Below, piece after piece: positions 61,661 to 64,000 of a DNA stretch of 64,000 nucleotides. The DNA is from Longimicrobiales bacterium. GTDB lineage: Bacteria > Gemmatimonadota > Gemmatimonadetes > Longimicrobiales > Gaopeijiaceae. Every line of letters starts with the position of its first letter. Within the stretch, counting starts at the first letter, position 1. Where the stretch lies: positions 416,001 to 480,000 of the forward strand of contig CBDCKN010000003.1 of assembly GCA_965218295.1 (NCBI GenBank), given 5' to 3'. Below the pieces are notes generated by a model. That model had not been told where the DNA came from, made no database searches, and was given only the letters and a program-made list of their open reading frames with translations. The translations under genes were made by a program, and so were the position numbers.

Positions 61661-62258
61661 CCCCGCGCGAGGCCGTAATCGACCGCCGTACCAAGGAGAC
61701 CGAGATCAGCGTCCGGCTGAATTTGGACGGAACCGGAGCCACCCAGGTCGCCACGGGCATCGGGTTCCTGGATCACCTCCTGGACGCACTGGCGAAGCAC
61801 GCCCGCTTCGACCTCGAGCTGAGCTGCAAAGGGGATCTCCTCATCGACGATCACCACACGGCGGAGGACTGTGACTCACGCTCGGCGCTGCGCTGCAGCA
61901 GGCCCTCGGCCCGCGAGTGGGCATCCGTCGCTTCGGCTACGCCTACGCGCCGCTGGACGAGGCTCTGGCACGGGCGGTGGTGGACATCTCGGGACGCCCG
62001 TTCGCGGACGTGAACCTGGGCCTTACCCGGGAGCGGCTGGGTGAGCTCTCGTGCGAGAACATCCCTCATGTCCTGAGCTCCCTTGCGTCCACGGCGGGTC
62101 TGACTCTCCACGTCGACGTGCTCAAGGGCGAGAACGACCACCACCGGGCGGAGGCGGCCTTCAAGGCGGTGGCGTTGGCCCTCCGGGCAGCCATGGAAGC
62201 GTCGGGCTTCGACGACGTGCCCTCCACCAAGGGAAGCCTGGGAGGCGTGGAGCCGTGA
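61657..62258 (+). CDS. hisB: Imidazoleglycerol-phosphate dehydratase (frameshift near 61875)
   Basis: [25 protein letters not shown], then [33 protein letters not shown] in a second frame. Confidence 0.88.
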
Positions 62259-63658
62259 GCCGGGTCGCCATCGTCGACTCCGGGGTCGCCAACCTCGCGT
62301 CGGTGAGGAGCGCCCTCGCCGCCGTGGGCGCGGACGGCGTCGTGACCCGGGAGCCCGACACCGTTCGGGAGGCGAGCCACGTGGTGCTGCCCGGCGTGGG
62401 GCGGTTCGAAGCCGGAATCGAGAGCCTGCGCGCGGACGCGCTGGATCTGGCGCTTCTGGACGTCCAGGAGGCAGGCACCCCCCTCCTCGCCATCTGCCTG
62501 GGAATGCAGATGCTGGGAGAGGGCAGCGACGAGAGCCCCGGCGTAGCCGGCTTGGGCATCTTTCCGGGGCGATTCGTTCGCCTGCCCTCCTCGGTGCGGG
62601 TCCCCCATCTGGGCTGGAACCGCGTCGAGGCGGACCCTTCGTCAATCCTGCCACCCGGCATGGCGGCCTTCGCGAACTCGTACTGCCTCACCGACGCCCC
62701 GGAGGGGTGGAGCGCGGCCTGGACGACGCACGAGGTGCGCTTCATATCGGCCCTCACCAGAGGCCGGACCCTGGCCTGCCAGTTCCACCCGGAGCTGTCG
62801 GGTGACTTCGGCATGGGGCTCCTGCGGACGTGGCTCTCGGGGGAGTCGCCGGGCCGCGAGGTTCGGGAGGCAGCCACCTCCGGCAAGGCACGGCCGACTC
62901 TCAATCAAGTGGCACGCCGCATCGTCCCTTGTCTCGACGTGAAAGACGGCCGTGTGGTGAAGGGCGTGCGCTTCCAGAACCTCCGCGACTCCGGGGACCC
63001 GGCCGAACAGGCCGGCCTCTACGAGCAACAGGGAGCCGACGAGATCGTCGTCCTCGACGTGGCGGCCTCACCCGAAGCGCAGGGGACCCAGCTCGACACG
63101 GTCCGCTCCGTGCGAGCGTGCCTCCACATCCCGCTTACCGTCGGCGGAGGGGTTCGCACGGTGGACGACGCGCGCAAGCTCCTGTCGGCCGGTGCCGACA
63201 AGGTGAGCGTTAACACGGCCGCTGTCCGGGACCCGTCCCTCATCGAGCGTCTGGCCCAGGCGTTCGGGTCGCAGTGCATCGTTCTGGCCATAGACGCTCG
63301 CCGGGAGGGGGACAGCTGGGACACGCTCGTGATGGGCGGTCGCGAGCCCACCGGGATGGACGCCATCGAGTGGGCCCGGGAGGGGACCCGCCTGGGCGCA
63401 GGCGAGATCCTGCTGACGAGCTGGGATCGGGACGGGACCAGGAGCGGCTGCGACCTCGAGCTGCTCCGGACCATGCACGATGCAGTGACCGTGCCAGTAA
63501 TCGCGTCGGGCGGCATCGGCACGAAGAGCGACGTGGCAGCCGCCTTCCACTCCGGAGCGGACGCCGTCCTCGCGGCGTCGGTCTTCCACGACGGTGACCT
63601 CACCGTGGCGAGTATCAAGGAGTTCCTGAGCAGAGAAGGGGTGGTGGTACGGACATGA
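62255..63658 (+). CDS. hisHF: Fused imidazole glycerol phosphate synthase HisH-HisF
   Basis: ANLASV, LPGVG, AICLGMQ, VPHLGWN, QFHPE, linker, [44 protein letters not shown] in one frame. Confidence 0.9.
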   Translation: MSRVAIVDSGVANLASVRSALAAVGADGVVTREPDTVREASHVVLPGVGRFEAGIESLRADALDLALLDVQEAGTPLLAICLGMQMLGEGSDESPGVAGLGIFPGRFVRLPSSVRVPHLGWNRVEADPSSILPPGMAAFANSYCLTDAPEGWSAAWTTHEVRFISALTRGRTLACQFHPELSGDFGMGLLRTWLSGESPGREVREAATSGKARPTLNQVARRIVPCLDVKDGRVVKGVRFQNLRDSGDPAEQAGLYEQQGADEIVVLDVAASPEAQGTQLDTVRSVRACLHIPLTVGGGVRTVDDARKLLSAGADKVSVNTAAVRDPSLIERLAQAFGSQCIVLAIDARREGDSWDTLVMGGREPTGMDAIEWAREGTRLGAGEILLTSWDRDGTRSGCDLELLRTMHDAVTVPVIASGGIGTKSDVAAAFHSGADAVLAASVFHDGDLTVASIKEFLSREGVVVRT

Positions 63659-64000
63659 TCATTCCGAGTGTCGACCTCATGGACGGACGGGCGGTCCAAC
63701 TCCGCCGCGGGCGGGAGCTCGTCCTGGAGGGAGGCGACCCCTTCGAGCGTCTCGAGGAGTTCTCGGTCGCCGGTGAGGTGGCCGTCGTGGACCTGGACGC
63801 GGCGCTTGGCAAGGGATCCAACGCCGGTGTGATCCGGGAGATGGTGCGGCGCGCACCCTGCCGGGTCGGTGGCGGCATCCGCGATCTCCAGACGGCCCTC
63901 GATTGGCTCGACGCCGGAGCCACTCGTGTCGTCATCGGCACGGCGGCGTCCGTGGACTTCTGCTCGCAGCTTCCCCGGGAGCGCGTGGTGGCGGCTGTGG
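63655..64000 (+). CDS. hisA: HisA-family isomerase domain (3'-truncated by the window edge)
   Basis: [44 protein letters not shown]. Confidence 0.8.
   Translation, partial: MIIPSVDLMDGRAVQLRRGRELVLEGGDPFERLEEFSVAGEVAVVDLDAALGKGSNAGVIREMVRRAPCRVGGGIRDLQTALDWLDAGATRVVIGTAASVDFCSQLPRERVVAAV

Noticed and set aside
59218..62013. 931-aa ORF as a HisC-HAD-HisB triple fusion
   Set aside because: Its first 242 codons shadow hisG, and the link into hisB passes through an out-of-frame stretch; the real HAD C-terminus lies in another frame.

Overview
High-GC bacterial chromosomal DNA. Gene content and style suggest Gemmatimonadota (inference). Main contents: a choice-of-anchor-B protein; cysH and proC-proB-proA transcribed divergently; an APC permease split by an IS1595-family element that carries passenger ORFs and a nested IS3-family element; a complete MoxR/DUF58/BatA-E operon; asnB; a decayed sensor kinase/sigma54 regulator pair; ppk2; ppsA; a GcvT-like gene with two FAD oxidoreductases; an IS256 inserted in a ribosome-binding site; yajQ; a DASS transporter; two copies of a MITE-like element; and the start of a his operon with fused genes (hisC-HAD, hisH-hisF). 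The most striking signal lies below the ORF-track cutoff: three leader-peptide transcription attenuators. (1) A poly-Cys leader (MRLTCCCCRCCCQ...) upstream of cysH is followed by two tandem, mutually similar intrinsic terminators that can re-pair in a register-shift cascade. (2) An Arg/Pro-rich leader with antiterminator and terminator lies upstream of proCBA. (3) A His-rich leader precedes hisG. The window also has many frameshifts, three in-frame TAG codons and short gene scars, which reflect real decay or consensus errors. I found no rRNA, tRNA or CRISPR array. All calls come from reading the sequence by eye; no searches were run.
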